Source: Podarcis vaucheri
Lineage: Eukaryota
DNA length: 64,000 nt
Reading direction: 5' to 3' (one strand)
Assembly (NCBI GenBank): GCA_965113315.1
Contig: OZ220375.1
The notes beneath the pieces are model-generated. The model had not been told where the DNA came from. It made no database searches and saw only the letters and a program-made list of their open reading frames with translations. The translations under genes were made by a program, and so were the position numbers. Below, piece after piece: positions 51,367-64,000 of the stretch. Each line of letters opens with the position of its first letter. Position 1 is the stretch's first letter.

Positions 51367-52403
51367 TACTTTTGTGGAGGGCACAGCATTTGGGCTTCCT
51401 TGGTGCAGTTTATGCAGCTCTGGCTAGTAGTGAAGGACCCCACCTACCCTAAAAGATGGTGTTGGTTTTAGGCCACTTAACTGTCATGCTTCCTTCAACG
51501 CCACCAAAAAAGAATCCAAAAAAGAAGAGTTTGGTGAGGGATGCCGGCAGTACTCTGAGAGCTCAAGCTCACCTTGCCTAACTACAATTCCCAGGGTTCC
51601 ATGAGAAGAGGGATGGATCACTAAAACATTGAGTTTGTAGTACGGATGTGTCCTGGGTCATACAATGCTCCTGGTGGTGCTTCACCATCTCGTATCACTT
51701 CCTCACTCAAAAGCATCCTTTTGAGGTTGGTCGATCTTAGTTTTTTATTTACTGAGGCTGATGGAGACCCACTTAACCAAAGCTACCTAGTGAGAGTGGT
51801 GACGGCCGAGGTAGAGCTTGACCTCTTGAGTACAAAGGGCCAAGGATCAATATGCCACCTGTTACGCAACAATAAGGTGTGCCCCCTTTTCCCAGGCGTG
51901 TCTCATGTGACTCTCACACCTGCTAGGCAGAAGTTCCACAGGTGTTGCTTCTCTTTGGAAGTGAGAAGGCTCTTCTTCACCTATTGATTCTCCACCCACC
52001 CCACCCCCTTGTTATGTAGCTCTTACCAACCTGCCACACAGAAGCTCCATTTTGATCTATGAACTGTCCTGTGGTCCTTGGATGAAAAACAGTATATTGA
52101 TTAACTGATTACTAAATAACAACAATAACAGCAATCGACCTGGTGCCCATGGGTTCTCCCCCGTGACAGCATTACAAAGCAGGGTGGGGGACCGGTGTTT
52201 TATTTTTTACTGTTCGGGGACAAAGCCAAACGTGTCTGAGCCCTGCTTCAGAAGCTGCTGCTGCAACTGTGGGAGAGGCCTTGTGGCCGTGTTGGGTGAA
52301 GAGCGTCAGCCTTTCTCTCCAGAAACAGCCACCCTCTCCCTCAGTCAGCCCTGAGCCTGCTGTGTGCCTCTTCCTTATCTCCTCCTTTTCTCCCCCCTCC
52401 CAG

Positions 52404-52586
52404 CTTCGGTTGGACGAGACGCAGGAGGCAGAATACCAGGTCCTGCGCATGCAGCTGCAACAAGAGCTGGAGTTGCTCAACGCCTATCAGAGCAAAATCA
52501 AGATCCACACAGAGGCGCAGCATGAACGGGAGATCAAGGAGCTGGAGCAGAGGGTATCCATCCGCCGGGCACTGCTGGAGCAAAGG
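52404..52586 (+). CDS. TAOK2: TAOK2 beta-specific exon 2
   Basis: [33 protein letters not shown]...RRALLEQR. Confidence 0.95.
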
Positions 52587-53163
52587 GTATGTGCAAACAG
52601 CCTTCCTCCTCCTCTTGGAAAACCCACAGTCCTGGTTCCTTAACCCACGGCACCAACCTCTCAGACCTACACGCCTCTCCCCTCACCCAGATGGCTAGAA
52701 GTGTTAGTTTCCCCCTGGTTCCAAGCTCCCAAAATACTAACCCATGATCCCCAAAGGCATCCATCCTTCTGAGGCCGCCTTGCACCAAATCTTTTAATTG
52801 GGATTGAAAGCCTTCACGGCTGCCTTCTCTATTTCTCTCTCTCCCCACCCGCAAAAGAGAACCAGAGTTCTTGCGTGAACTGCACTGGGCTTTGTTAATG
52901 GAATCCCCGGAGCTCCTCGTGAAACTGCACTCTGGGAAAGGGAGAGCCGTGATGGTTTAAACAGCTTTCATATTGATTGCGATGCAAGTCAGCCCTCCTT
53001 AAAAGCTCGGGGAACGGCGGACTTGATGGGCTTGCTGTAAGGTGAATAATGGAGAGGGATCGAAAGCTACAGTTGAAAGCCCATTACACGTTCATTAGGA
53101 AGAGATGAGGTATCGGGGTCCTTCTGCGTAGGCTAGTCCGAAGGGTCTGGTGGTGGCCGGCAG

Positions 53164-53641
53164 TAGAGCTAGGCGATACCTGGTTTTCAACGCTGCAATA
53201 TATCACTTTGCAATATACAGATACAGTGGTACCTCGGGTTACATACGCTTCAGGTTACAGACTCCGCTAACCCAGAAATCGTGCTTCAGGTTAAGAACTT
53301 TGCTTCAGGATGAGAACAGAAATTGTGCTACGGCAGCAGCGGCAGGCCCCATTAGCTAAAGTGGTGCTTCAGGTTAAGAACAGTTTCAGGTTAAGAACGG
53401 ACCTCCGAAACGAATTAAGTACTTAACCCGAGGTACCACTGTATATCACAATGTCTGAAATAAGGGTGGAACTATGTACATACATTGGCTGGCCTCACGG
53501 TTTTTCCCAGCATTGTGATTTTTGCATAGCATGCGCACACGCACATAATGATTTGCAAAATATTGCCAAGTCAAAAATTATGAAACTGATTGCACGATAC
53601 AGACTTCAAGCCGGTTTTGGATGATATATCACCCAGCCCTA
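53164..53641. mobile_element. Older hAT-like non-autonomous element hosting a Tigger-like MITE
   Basis: Termini TAGAGCTAGGCGATA / TATCACCCAGCCCTA; degenerate 8-bp flanks. Confidence 0.55.
53224..53441. mobile_element. Tc1/mariner (Tigger/pogo-like) MITE
   Basis: TIR CAGTGGTACCTCGGGTTA / TAACCCGAGGTACCACTG, TA TSD both sides, internal cttcaggtt repeats. Confidence 0.88.
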
Positions 53642-54343
53642 GCCAGCCATAAGGCTCCTCGGCCAGGATGAGGATTCTGCAGCCCTGCAGGTGCTTTTGG
53701 ACTCCCAACAACTACAGCCAGCGTGCACAGTGGCCAGGAAGGGTCAGAGTCCAGCAGTGTCTGATTTCCTCACCCCTGGTTTTGAGACCGGTTAGTCCCA
53801 TCCTGGGTAAACACTCTCTTCCTCCTTAAACCAAACCCAGGTGTCCGTGCTGTTGCTTCAGTAGCCATTTTCTATAGCTAACTGGGAAGTCCAACCCCAC
53901 TGTCACAATAGCAATATTTATACAACACATTTTTTTTAAAAAGGAAGAAAGCTGTGTTCCCATTATTATACAAGCTACCTCCCAGGTACTCCTGACCACA
54001 GACGTTGCAGCCTTAGAGTACTGGCAAGGAAGTGGATCTTATACGCGCTTACTGGAGAGCAACCTTCATGGAGCTCACTGGGGTCTATTTCTGATGCAGC
54101 AGCCATCGAATCGCATTGTGAGCATTTGCTCAGAGAGCTCTTCTGGGCAGCTGCCATGCTAACAGCACGGCAGAGTCTTACAAAAAGAGCTTGCCAAAAT
54201 GCTTGCTCTGTGCTAAGGGTTTTAAGCTGCTAGCATGGAAGACGTAGTCCAGCAACAACCTTCATGGCTGTCGGCTCCCCATCTCCCTTCTAAACTCACT
54301 CGCTCTGTGTGTTATTTAATTTTTTTGCCTTTTCACCCTCTAG

Positions 54344-54853
54344 ATCGAAGAGGAGATGTTGGCCTTGCAGAATGAGCGATCTGACCGCATCCGGAGCCTC
54401 TTGGAGCGCCAGGCCCGGGAGATTGAGGCCTTCGACTCGGAGAGCATGCGCCTGGGCTTCAGCAACATGGCGCTCACAGGCATTCCAGCTGAAGCCTTCA
54501 ACCAAGGCTACACTGCCCCCCCTCAGCCCTGGCCCTCCCGCCCCGTCCCCCGCAGCGGCTCCCACTGGAGCCACGGTGTCCAGAACACAGCCGGGGCCCC
54601 CCACGCGTGGCGGCAGCCCCCCATGCTTGCCCCGCCCCCTTCGGCTTGGCTCCACCCTCCTTCCTCCTCCCCTTCCTCCTCCTCCTCCTCCACGTCATCC
54701 GCCCCTGGGGGCCGCTCCAATGTGGTCATGCTGAGGAACAGCCCCCAGCCGCTGCGGCGCACAGCTTCTGGAGGCCAGTCGGACCAGGGCATCAGCCGCT
54801 CGGCCAGCGTCACCTCCCACATCCTCAACGGGTCGCACTTCTCCTACTCGTGA
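54344..54853 (+). CDS. TAOK2: TAOK2 beta-isoform terminal coding exon
   Basis: [40 protein letters not shown]...[14 protein letters not shown]...[12 protein letters not shown]; beta total 1018 aa. Confidence 0.95.
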   Translation: MEEEMLALQNERSDRIRSLLERQAREIEAFDSESMRLGFSNMALTGIPAEAFNQGYTAPPQPWPSRPVPRSGSHWSHGVQNTAGAPHAWRQPPMLAPPPSAWLHPPSSSPSSSSSSTSSAPGGRSNVVMLRNSPQPLRRTASGGQSDQGISRSASVTSHILNGSHFSYS

Positions 54854-57800
54854 GGCGATGGGGAGAGAACAGGGAAACTTTGCTGGAGGGAGACGGGGGA
54901 ATTGGCTGGTGGAAAGGGGGAGGGGAGGAGGAGGAGGCAGGAGGGCGGCGCATTTGCTGGGGCTCAGCAAGCTAGAACTGGGAGAAACCGAACCGCGGTG
55001 TGAAGGATCCTCAGTCGTCATCTGTGGCCTTTGACTTGCCACCCACCTTGCAAGCGCAGAGACACAGAAGATTGGACTGTGCGGTGGAAGGTTGCACTCA
55101 TGCCCTCAGATCGTGGTTTCCTATCCCCCGCCAAATGGATGGAGACACCGAAGCTTGTGAACGTGACGTTGGCAATCGGTTTTTTGCGTCCCTGGTGGTC
55201 GTCAGCCGCTTCCCACAGCGTTGCCACAATCTGTAGATGGAGAGGCAGAGAGCGGTGCCCTGGCAGCGGAGACTAAATTGTGTCTTCAGGATGTGGCTGA
55301 ATATTCCCAGGACGAGGGGTGGGTGGGGAGAAAGGCCCCCCACATCGCAGCAAATCCAGAATTCTTGATTGTGCATCCATAGCTTGCCCCATGCGCTGCA
55401 ATCAGAGCTGATGCGCTCGGGAGAGCCTGTTCTGTGTCTCCTGCGTCATGGTTCCTTTCAATCAGTTCAGGCAGTGAAAGAGAGAGAGAAATTAAATTAA
55501 CGGGCGTGGATTTTGGGAGAACCCTGGATTGCCATTGGTGGCGGCCGATCGGTGCATGCATAGAATTACCAGACTGACAGTGAAAGAACTTTGCCTCCTT
55601 CCTGAGGCCTGGACAGTGGCTTCTGATCCTGCCCGAGTTCACAGGCGACCATAACCGAAATCCGTTGTTTCTGGACTGTTCTCAGCTCCCAGAACCTTCC
55701 TTACCTCACCACAGTCTGTGGCTGGAGAAGGAATTGTAAATTGCAAGCTGCTCTGGGCTCTTTATCTGCATCGCCCCATTTCTCACAGAGGCGGCCTCCT
55801 CCAGCTCCTCCTGTCACGGCGCCAGGCTGGTCCCACGGGATGGAGCGGGGAAAGAGGTTCCAGAACCAGGCCTCACGTTCCTGTCATGAACCAGAATGTA
55901 GATTTTAAACGGTGCCCTCTACATACCCGCCCCATATGTCTGTTTTGAGACGCGGATTTTAGCCCATGCCAGCCCAGGGATGTGTTTTTGTGTTAATACT
56001 CACCACCTTACCCACATGGATTACATCTCTTTCCCCCCTCTGAAGGAAAGACCGCCCCACCACTCTTGCCACCCAGAGGGACTTTGAACGGCAGGCCTCC
56101 CTCTGCCACCCGGTCCTGAGCATTAAATTTAGTTTCCTGGCCCAGCCACAACCTCTGGAAGGTCAGGCTCCCTCCCCGGCCGAGGGCATTGGAGGGTCGC
56201 TTCCTTCCGTTGCACCCAGTTGCTCCCTTAAGCCACCTCCTCCTCCCAGAAACCACCGTGCCCCCCTACAAATTCGCCTCCTGTCATTCCCGTTGTCCTC
56301 CAGCCACTTCTCAGCATCGCTCCCATGCACCCCACCTGCCCAGTTTAGACTCGCCAGATCTGCAGCCCTGAGTTCGTATTTGCATGCAGGAGATCGGCTG
56401 CAGAATCTGAGTGCCCAGCAGAATGAAGGACACCTGTCGGTTCAGAAGCCACCTTCAACCCATCTCCTTCCTATACATTCCCCCCACCCCCAGAACTGTT
56501 CCTACCCCCTGGAAAAAACTTATTTGGTTACATAATACCCAGTATGAACAAACCCCAAGGCCTGCTACCCAGGGTTTGGGATCAGGGTCAGCCTGTCAGA
56601 ATCGGCAAACTATATATCTGTGGCCAGTTGCCCTCCTCTCCTCCTCCTGTACTTAAGAACCAAACCTCTGGTGGAAAATGGGCCCCTAGTTCCTCTAGAG
56701 CTATAATTTATCTGAGTCAGACCCACATATCCCACCAGTCAATAGAGAACACTTCCTGAAGCCGCTGGGGTGGTTTGCCCGGCGAAGAGGGAAGGGAGTT
56801 TTGCAAGTGGGCTGTTTCAACTCTGGCCAGCTAAAGGAGGACTTTTTTGGGGGGGGGTGTGGCATTTTGCATGTTCAAAGCTCTTCTGAGTTGGAGCCCA
56901 ATTGGGAGGGGCGGCATCATGTTGAAATCATGTATGAGAACTCTTGTGCAGAGTCAGCTTTCAGGGGTTGGTCTTCGCCTTTTCGTTTTGTTCTGAACCA
57001 TCTCTCAAAGTTTTCACCATGTAGGGAGGAATACTAGATTCTTGGCCACAGCAGGTGAAGAGCTGTGATCAAACTGTACCATTTGAACCCATATTTTAAA
57101 AAATACCCCTGCTGCTTACATGAAAATTGGAAGCTGGGGAGATGATCTCTAGGGTAGCCTTCTCCTGGCACACTGGCTTTGTTAAATGCATAGCTGTTTC
57201 TTGTTTCCCATTTGGAAGCATTTGGCCATGTTGGCTCTCTGAAGTGGGACAGTGTAGGAAGTTCTACCAGCTGTTTGTGTGAATTAAGCCCAAGGATCAG
57301 CCAGCAGGGTTGGCATTACATTGACTGTACAAAAGGAGCCACATAAACCCCTTTTTCAGGAAGATTGGGGAAATCCAAGCTTTCTTCTTTTGAAACGTGA
57401 AACAAAACTTCCACATCTCACAAATCGCTCCTAGAGACCAGGGGAAACTTTTTTTTTAATCTCATAGGTAGATCACGCAGCTCTGGAAACCATTTCTCGC
57501 TAGTGATGGATGGAAAGTCCGAAGGGTTGTGTGTGGAAGCGGAGGAGAGCCTCATGTTCCTGGAAAGCAGAAATGGGTTATGGAATTATCACAAGTAGTA
57601 AAATGAGCCAGGGAAGATCTGGAAGTAGAAATTTTCCATCTGTTGGCGGGAAATGTGGTGTAGTCCTTCTTTATCTGTGGAAGACATTGTAGTTTCTTAG
57701 ATTTCCGCCCTCATATTTGGGCCAGGAACTGAATAATTTTTTTCCATTGTAAGCAGCTGAAGTAAGTCTTGTCCTTTACAACACACAACCCTATTAAAAT

Positions 57801-58390
57801 CCCCCCTCCTTCCTTACCAACGCTGCTGCCCACACCTGTCCCCCACCCACCCAACCCCAAGGGCACTGGTTTGGCTACAACCATAAAATTATCCTATCTA
57901 AACTTCTCAGACTTCTCCCAGAACCCTCTTCAAGTTCCTCAAGCTAATTTTGTGATTGAACAAGGCCACTGTTTTAAACCAGAGGGGTTGGGGGGGGGTG
58001 GGAGGGGAGAACTGAATGGGATCTTTTGTTACTTCAAGGTGTTCAGTTAGTGATTTCTGCCTGCCTGGGATTGGGAAATGGGGTTTTGGGTGGGCTGGAG
58101 GGGCTTGATGTATTATAATAATTAATCCTTTTGCTTTAAAAAAAATATTTCTGTTTTTTGGTGCCATAACTTTCCCCATGTACAGTTTACCTCTTCCAGT
58201 CTTTTTCTTTTCTCTTTTTGCGCTTTCCTCCCCTCCCCCTCCCCAGTTTTTTTCCTGTCTCCCTCTGTGTGGGTGATTAAAAACTAATGTGAGTGTGTGT
58301 ATGTATGTGTGTATGTCTTTTTTTATATATGAAGAAAAAATGTTGGCGGGGGGGAACTTAGACATATGTGTCCTATGGAATGTATTAGAA

Positions 58391-58396
58391 AATAAA
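58391..58396 (+). terminator. TAOK2: Likely poly(A) signal of TAOK2-beta (alternative AATAAA at 58547-58552)
   Basis: AATAAA after UTR-like AU/GU-rich block 58100-58390. Confidence 0.55.
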
Positions 58397-58899
58397 ACAC
58401 TTTTTAAAAACAAACAGGAACGGGGTGGGTGATCTTGAATCTTACTTGGGAGAGCAAAAACTGGAAAGAGAACACAACGATGGAACTGGTTGCTCTCTAG
58501 AGGGCTACCAGTAGGAGAGATTTTGGGGTGGGGTGAGAAATCTTTTAATAAAAATGTTGACTATTAAAAAAAAAAGTATTCTGTCTCTTTGGGGTTTTGA
58601 GAGGGAGTGTGGTCAAGGCATCAAGATCTTATCCAACCCAGGTTCCCATGGGACAAGATGCTAAAGTTTGTTTTTTTTTTAATGTCTGGATAACTGATTA
58701 ATACGTCAGTTGCCCCCATTTTATACACATACAGGGAGGTTAAAGGATTCTGACTCCTTTCAAGTCATGTTTATGTGTGGGGTGGAGTTCCTGAAACATA
58801 TTAACGTCATTATTGTATACACAACCATGAGTGTAGTGGTCACTCAGTTGAATTAATCTGGAATAACAGGTACTTTTGTCTATATGTATCCTACCATGT

Positions 58900-59402
58900 G
58901 AAATTCGTAAGGCTTGGTTTCCAGACCCTTTATCATCTTGGTCAACCTCCTCTGCACACGTTCCAATTTGTCAGTGTCCTTAAATTGTGGTTCCCAGAAC
59001 TGGAAACAGGTGTGGTCTGACCAAAGCAGAATAGAGTGGGGGGACGACTTCTCTTGATCAGAACAGTATCCTCCTGTTGATGCAGCCTAGAATAACATTA
59101 ACTTTTATTCCTGCAGTATCAGGTTGTTGACACATGTTGAGCAGTCTACTAAGGCACCTAGATACTTTTCACATGTATTACTTGCAAGCCAGGTGTCCTC
59201 CATTTTGCTTGTTCTTGCCCAAGTGTAGAACCTGACATTTGTCCCTATTCAAATCAATTTTGTTAGTTTGCTATGGTCATCTTGAATCCTGAGTCTGTCT
59301 CCAGCGGCATGGCTACCTGTCCCAGTTTGGCGTCATCGGCAGATTTGATTAGCATCCTCTCAATACCTTCGTCCAAGTCATTTATAAAGATGTTGAACAA
59401 CA
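58900..59402 (-). mobile_element. CR1 LINE reverse-transcriptase fragment
   Basis: Minus strand reads LFNIFINDLDEGIERMLIKSADDAKLG (degenerate FADD RT motif), with further decayed CR1 ORF2 sequence. Confidence 0.8.
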
Positions 59403-61724
59403 ATTACGGTGCTTGAGTTCCCTAAATCTATATTCCTTCCTTCTCAGACTTGAAAAAAATATATATTATTGGGCTCAAAAGCAAGTTGAATTCAAGTGAC
59501 CACTAGCCGTATCTAAATATATATGTATGTGTGTGTGTTCACTTATCTGATAAGAACAGAAGGATGCATTTCCTTCTGGAAGACCCTCTTTCCCCTACTC
59601 ACAAGCCTGCTGTTGTATATGTGCTCCATCTCAGCCTCTGCTGGTCTGCCCTGTTCTGCCTCTGAAACATTCAACCCTCTTACATTACAAGGAATTCCAT
59701 CGCCTAGCAACTGGGCTCTGGAAGCATTCCCATGGCAACTGCATCCCTGGCAGTTGGCTACCAATTGAAGGAGCATCTTGGTTGCATCCTACCCCCACAG
59801 GACAGAGCTTGAAAGGGAAGGAAGGGGCTGATGGTTTGTATCTTAACAGAGCTCAAGGGCCTTTTCTGCATAGAAAATGGGAGGTGTGAAGGTGAAGTCC
59901 CCTGAATAGGAAGGGCATTTGCCACTAAGCCACATTGTGTTTCAACTTGCTCAATTTCCAGGCCACCACCTTCGTATTCAGTGAGAGAGTCCTGTCCATT
60001 AAGTGGGGGCTGCAGAGGCATTGCTAGAGGGTGCCTCAAAAAAAAAAAAAATTCTCCTTTTCCTTTTTTAAAAAAACTTTGTTTACAAGGCAGCTGGGAA
60101 TGCTGTAAAGTATAGCGTTGGTAAGACCCCAGGCACTTACCCTCTTTTAAATTTGTTCAGAGGCAGTACTTGTAGTAGCATCTGAGAATTTGTGTCATTG
60201 GGCTGTAGCTACCTGGCTGAGCATACGAGGTCGTGGGTTCAATCCGTTGCAAATCCAGGTAGGACTTGCAGAAGTTACGCCCTGCCTGAAACCCTGCAAG
60301 CCATGCTGCCAGTCAGTGTAAACAGTACTGAACTAAGTAGACCTGACTCACAAGAGCAGCTTCCTAAGCCACCTAGCAAACACCCTTCTTCGTACATCAG
60401 ACTCCCATTTAATGTTGGGCACAGTGGAATCAGCTGACAAAATCCAGCATGTTAGAATTACTTTATCTGTGTAGGGATGTGGAATGGAAGGGAGCGTTGT
60501 CTACCTTTCCCAGTTAAAGCAGTGCACTCACTGGTGCCCTGCCCTTTATCCTGCTTACCATACAGGATGTCATTAGTTGCAGGCTACGTGGTTTCCAGAA
60601 GTACACCAGGTGCTACATCAAGTTTGTGGATTGCCCCTGAGAGTGCCTCCTCCCATCAGTCAGTCCCTCTTACCCTGTTTCTGCATTTTTAGTTGTGGAC
60701 ACATGCACACACAAAGCAAGTAGAAAATTGGCAGTACTCTGCTCATACCACATTGCAAGCAAGGAGAGGGGGAAGTAAAGAGGTATGTGGATTTACCGTA
60801 CATCTTAATTCACAGCACTAGTCATAAACAAGAGAGAATCTTGCCTGCTATAAGAACAAAAATTGCCCTCAGGGAAGGCAGAAGTCTGTAACTTCGTTCT
60901 TTCTGTAACTCTGCTTTCTCCCAAGACAATAGTCTGCACCTGCTGGTTAAAGGAAGGGCAAATCTTGTGTTTTCCCAAAGAGCTCTGTGTTGCCTGCAAA
61001 ATTTCAGTGATGGGTATTTTTTGAGTCATGAAGCTAAGAAGGTTTGGGCCTGGTCATAGGTGACCACCCTTATGCCACCTTGTGTTCCGTGATGGGATAC
61101 AAATGTAAGAAAATAATATTAAGAAACAAAAGCAACAACAAATTGCTTCAGAGACAGGTCCAGAAGCCTTTGAAAGCCACACTTCTTGCAAATATGAACT
61201 TATGCTAACTTACTTTTTTACGGAAACACTAGAAATAAAGACTTATGATCTTTCTCCCCAATATATTTAAAGTTTTTTTATCCCATCCTTTGATAATTAA
61301 AAAGGAATCTAAGACAGTGTACGTTCTAAAATGTCAGTCTAAAATACATGATAGCTAAACGACAAATTGTGTCCTCAACCAGCCGTAGATGCGAACAGCT
61401 TAGACTGGCTGGATCTCTCACGGTTGTGGCTGGCATCCATCCATCTCAAAAGACAATGGAGTGCACTTGCAGGGGTGAATTTCTTAAAGCCATTTCAAAA
61501 GCCATGAAGTGCCTGAAGAAACAAGCTAATCTTTACCTGGTGTTTAAAAATTAAATTTTTCAGCAAGCAGAAAAGCAGGAATTTACATCATTGAAATGTC
61601 TCTAGTCAGAAAGTCCCCACTGCTGGTAAGATGAAAGTCCTCAGCCTTGGGCCTCCTTAAATGATCTCAGTCGCTGGAGAGATTCATGTGAGAATAAATG
61701 GCAAGCAATGTGCTCATCTTTTTT

Positions 61725-61945
61725 TTTATTTCGTTCATTGCATTTATATCTCACTTTCTTCTCCAAGGAACTCAAGGTAGTGTACATGGTTTCCCCTGAC
61801 CCCATTTAATCCCCACAACAACCTTATAAGGCAAGTTAGGCTGAGAGGCCGTGGTTGGCCCCAAGTTACCCAGTGACCTTCATGGCTGAGTGGAGATTTG
61901 AACCCAGGTCCTAGCCAACCCTCTAACCACTAACACTGTGCTGAT
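61725..61945 (-). mobile_element. Squam3/MIR-like SINE
   Basis: tttatatctcactttcttctccaaggaactcaagg...gttaggctgagagg...ttcatggctgagtggagatttgaacccagg...ctctaaccacta; ends approximate. Confidence 0.65.
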
Positions 61946-62250
61946 CTTCCCATAGTATTAGCATTAGCAATGCATGTTGTAGATACATGTCTCAAGTTCA
62001 AAATAATGTGTTCCGGCAATTCAGTGAAGGATAAAAGATACTCTAGCTCAGAATCATCTTCTTCAGGCCCAGTAGAGAGAAAGAGAAATGGCTCCGGTTT
62101 GTGCTCTGGATAGAAGAGTCAAGCCTCACGGCCCAACAACTGCTTCTGAAATGGATTGTTTCAGCCGCTGTTTGCTCCTACTTCTTTTTAACGCCAATTA
62201 CACATTCCTTTCTCTGCCCAGTGTCCATCCTTCTCTTTCTTAGATCCGAA

Positions 62251-62421
62251 ATGGGAGAGAGCTATCGCACCCCCAGGAACAGCCCTCCTCAGGACGATAA
62301 GGCTGCTCCAACTGACTTTGCACCCAGAATATCGGAAGCCATGGCTGAGTACTTGGTGAACACTGTGGCCAGCACTGCCAAAATGGTCCAGGCTTCTGTA
62401 GAAGCGCAGAAGTCTGCTCAG
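62251..62421 (+). CDS. Putative first coding exon of an unidentified downstream gene
   Basis: Acceptor ccttctctttcttAG (62243), Kozak gaaATGG, donor CAG|GTACTT; MGESYRTPRNSPPQ...VEAQKSAQ; phase 0 joins in frame to exon at 63401. Confidence 0.5.
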
Positions 62422-62554
62422 GTACTTGAGCCCAGGCTCTAGCAATGACCAGTGTTAGAGAGACTGAATGAGAGAAATAATTCTCTTGCTCAAAACTCCC
62501 ACGATCATTTCTCAGTCTTTGCACACAGAGAGTACACTGGGAGTTAGGCTGAAG

Positions 62555-62690
62555 CAGGCTTCCTCAAACTCGTCCCTCCAGATGTTTTGAGACTACAATT
62601 CCCATCATCCCTGACTACTGGTCCTGCTAGCTAGAGATCATGGGAGTTGTAGGCCAAAAACATCTGGAGGGCCACATTTGAGGAAGCCTG
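62555..62690. mobile_element. hAT-type MITE (136 bp), inserted in a degenerate minus-strand SINE
   Basis: TIR CAGGCTTCCTCAAA / TTTGAGGAAGCCTG; flanking duplication GCTGAAG; same family core as 5514 and 13515. Confidence 0.85.
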
Positions 62691-63400
62691 GCTGAAGGAT
62701 AGTTTCTAGCCCAAGTCACCCAACCTTGGGCTGAGGGGTGATTTGAACCCTGATCTCTCCCCCCCCCCATTCTAACACTGGCTCCATCCAATGCCCTGAA
62801 CACTTAACAAACTTCAGGGTTCATTGGGGGAAGTAATGCGCTTTAAATGTATGGTGTGTGTACACAGCCACTGTGACAGGTGTGTAACAACCAACTTTTT
62901 TGTTGCTTGTGTCAAGGGGGGGGGTGCTTTTACACTGTGTCACCCATTTTGTGGAAGGAGATCAGGCAAGCACCCAACAATAGGGTGCTTTCACAGACAG
63001 TTAAAGACGTTTCCTTTTTCTTGGGCATTTCCTGACTGTTTTTTTGTTGTTGTTCAGGCTGCTGGAGTTGTTGCAATTATACAGTATGTTGATGTTTCTG
63101 TGGTTATTTGTGGCTTTTAATAGTTTTTGCATATTATGGACTTCTTTGAGATTTATAAGCTTATAAATGAAAAGATATGTAAGATTTGTAAATAAATCAG
63201 TATGTAAGATTTAAAAATAAATGAATAAAATTATTGTCATTTATAAAAGACCCATGGCACAGTTAAGAGTGATAAAAATGAACTCTTTTTATAGCAGTTT
63301 TATGTAGGAATCTTTTGTATCTGGCATGGCTTCTCGAGACAATTGTGTGGGGCTCAAAGCCTGCATAGCTGTGACTTGTCCCCCTCTGCCTTCTCTCCAG

Positions 63401-63587
63401 CTCGCTTGTTTCCATGCAGAACAGTCCCTGGCCCAGGCCCGGCTGAGCTACATGGCAGCACGGGGGTTGGCCGAGCGACTATTGGGGTTCCTGAATCCCC
63501 CTGACTACCAAGGGCTCTTCCAGCTCCTGACAGAACCCCCGTTACCCTATTCTGAATTCTGCACCATCATCCGACGTACAGAAAATG
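63401..63587 (+). CDS. Putative second coding exon of the unidentified downstream gene
   Basis: Acceptor cccctctgccttctctccAG, donor G|GTCAGT, CpG-retaining coding-like composition; LACFHAEQSLAQARLSYMAARGLAERLLGFLNPPDYQGLFQLLTEPPLPYSEFCTIIRRTENG. Confidence 0.55.
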
Positions 63588-63677
63588 GTCAGTATTAATA
63601 TCCCTGTCGCTGGGAGTTTGTTTTCTGCCTGGACACCCGTCGTCTCTGTCGCTGTCCATCTGGATCCTGCCTAAACC

Positions 63678-63809
63678 CTCAGTAGCCCCGCCCATTCTTA
63701 TGGGGGTCACACCCACTGACCCCCCCCATATCTTCACCTACTTCAGGTTCTGCGTGAAGCTAAGAATTCAGTGGGTGTGGCCTCCATAAGAATGGGTGGG
63801 GCTATTGAG
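63678..63809. repeat. Inverted repeat, 42-bp arms
   Basis: 63678-63719 vs 63768-63809, 38/42 identity. Confidence 0.8.
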
Positions 63810-63897
63810 AGAGAGTAGGCAGCGTTCAGATGACGTGTGGCACGGTGAATGGAGCAGCAGAGCCTTTTCGTGGGTGGCCCCTCAACTGTGACATAAA

Positions 63898-64000
63898 CAG
63901 TGGTACCTCGGTTTAAGAACAGTCCTGTTTATGAACAATTCGGTTTACGAACTATTGAAAACTGGAAGTAGTGTCCCGGTTTGAGAACTTTACCTCGGTC
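63898..64000. mobile_element. Tigger/pogo-like MITE, truncated by window end
   Basis: Begins CAGTGGTACCTCGG like the 53224 element. Confidence 0.7.

Noticed and set aside
51646-51987. 113-aa intronic ORF
   Set aside because: No splice context or recognisable domain; probably decayed repeat

Overview
Eukaryotic (squamate reptile, probably a lacertid lizard, judging by a full-length Sauria SINE and lizard-type hAT/Tigger MITEs) genomic window covering the TMEM219-TAOK2 gene pair on the + strand, the same pair found in the human 16p11.2 block. TMEM219 has a CpG-island promoter at ~2990-3340, an inferred non-coding exon 1 and 5 coding exons (13990-15835, 243 aa). TAOK2 has a CpG island at ~18800-20400, an inferred non-coding exon 1 and coding exons from 30621. 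It gives a membrane-anchored alpha isoform (read-through exon to 45161, 1349 aa) and a beta isoform (three more exons to 54853, 1018 aa). The standout feature is an intact, intronless 451-aa PIF/Harbinger DDE transposase-like ORF (7343-8698) on the same strand inside the inferred intron 1 of TMEM219. It has a candidate splice acceptor and an AATAAA, but no TIRs or Myb/SANT partner that I could see, so it is a candidate domesticated transposase expressed as an alternative terminal exon from the TMEM219 promoter. Other points: a 218-nt AG-free zone with a distant branch point before the first beta-specific TAOK2 exon, a Cys-rich repetitive alpha linker, unidentified exon pairs at both window ends, and many nested SINE/LINE/MITE insertions. 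All calls were made by eye with no database searches.
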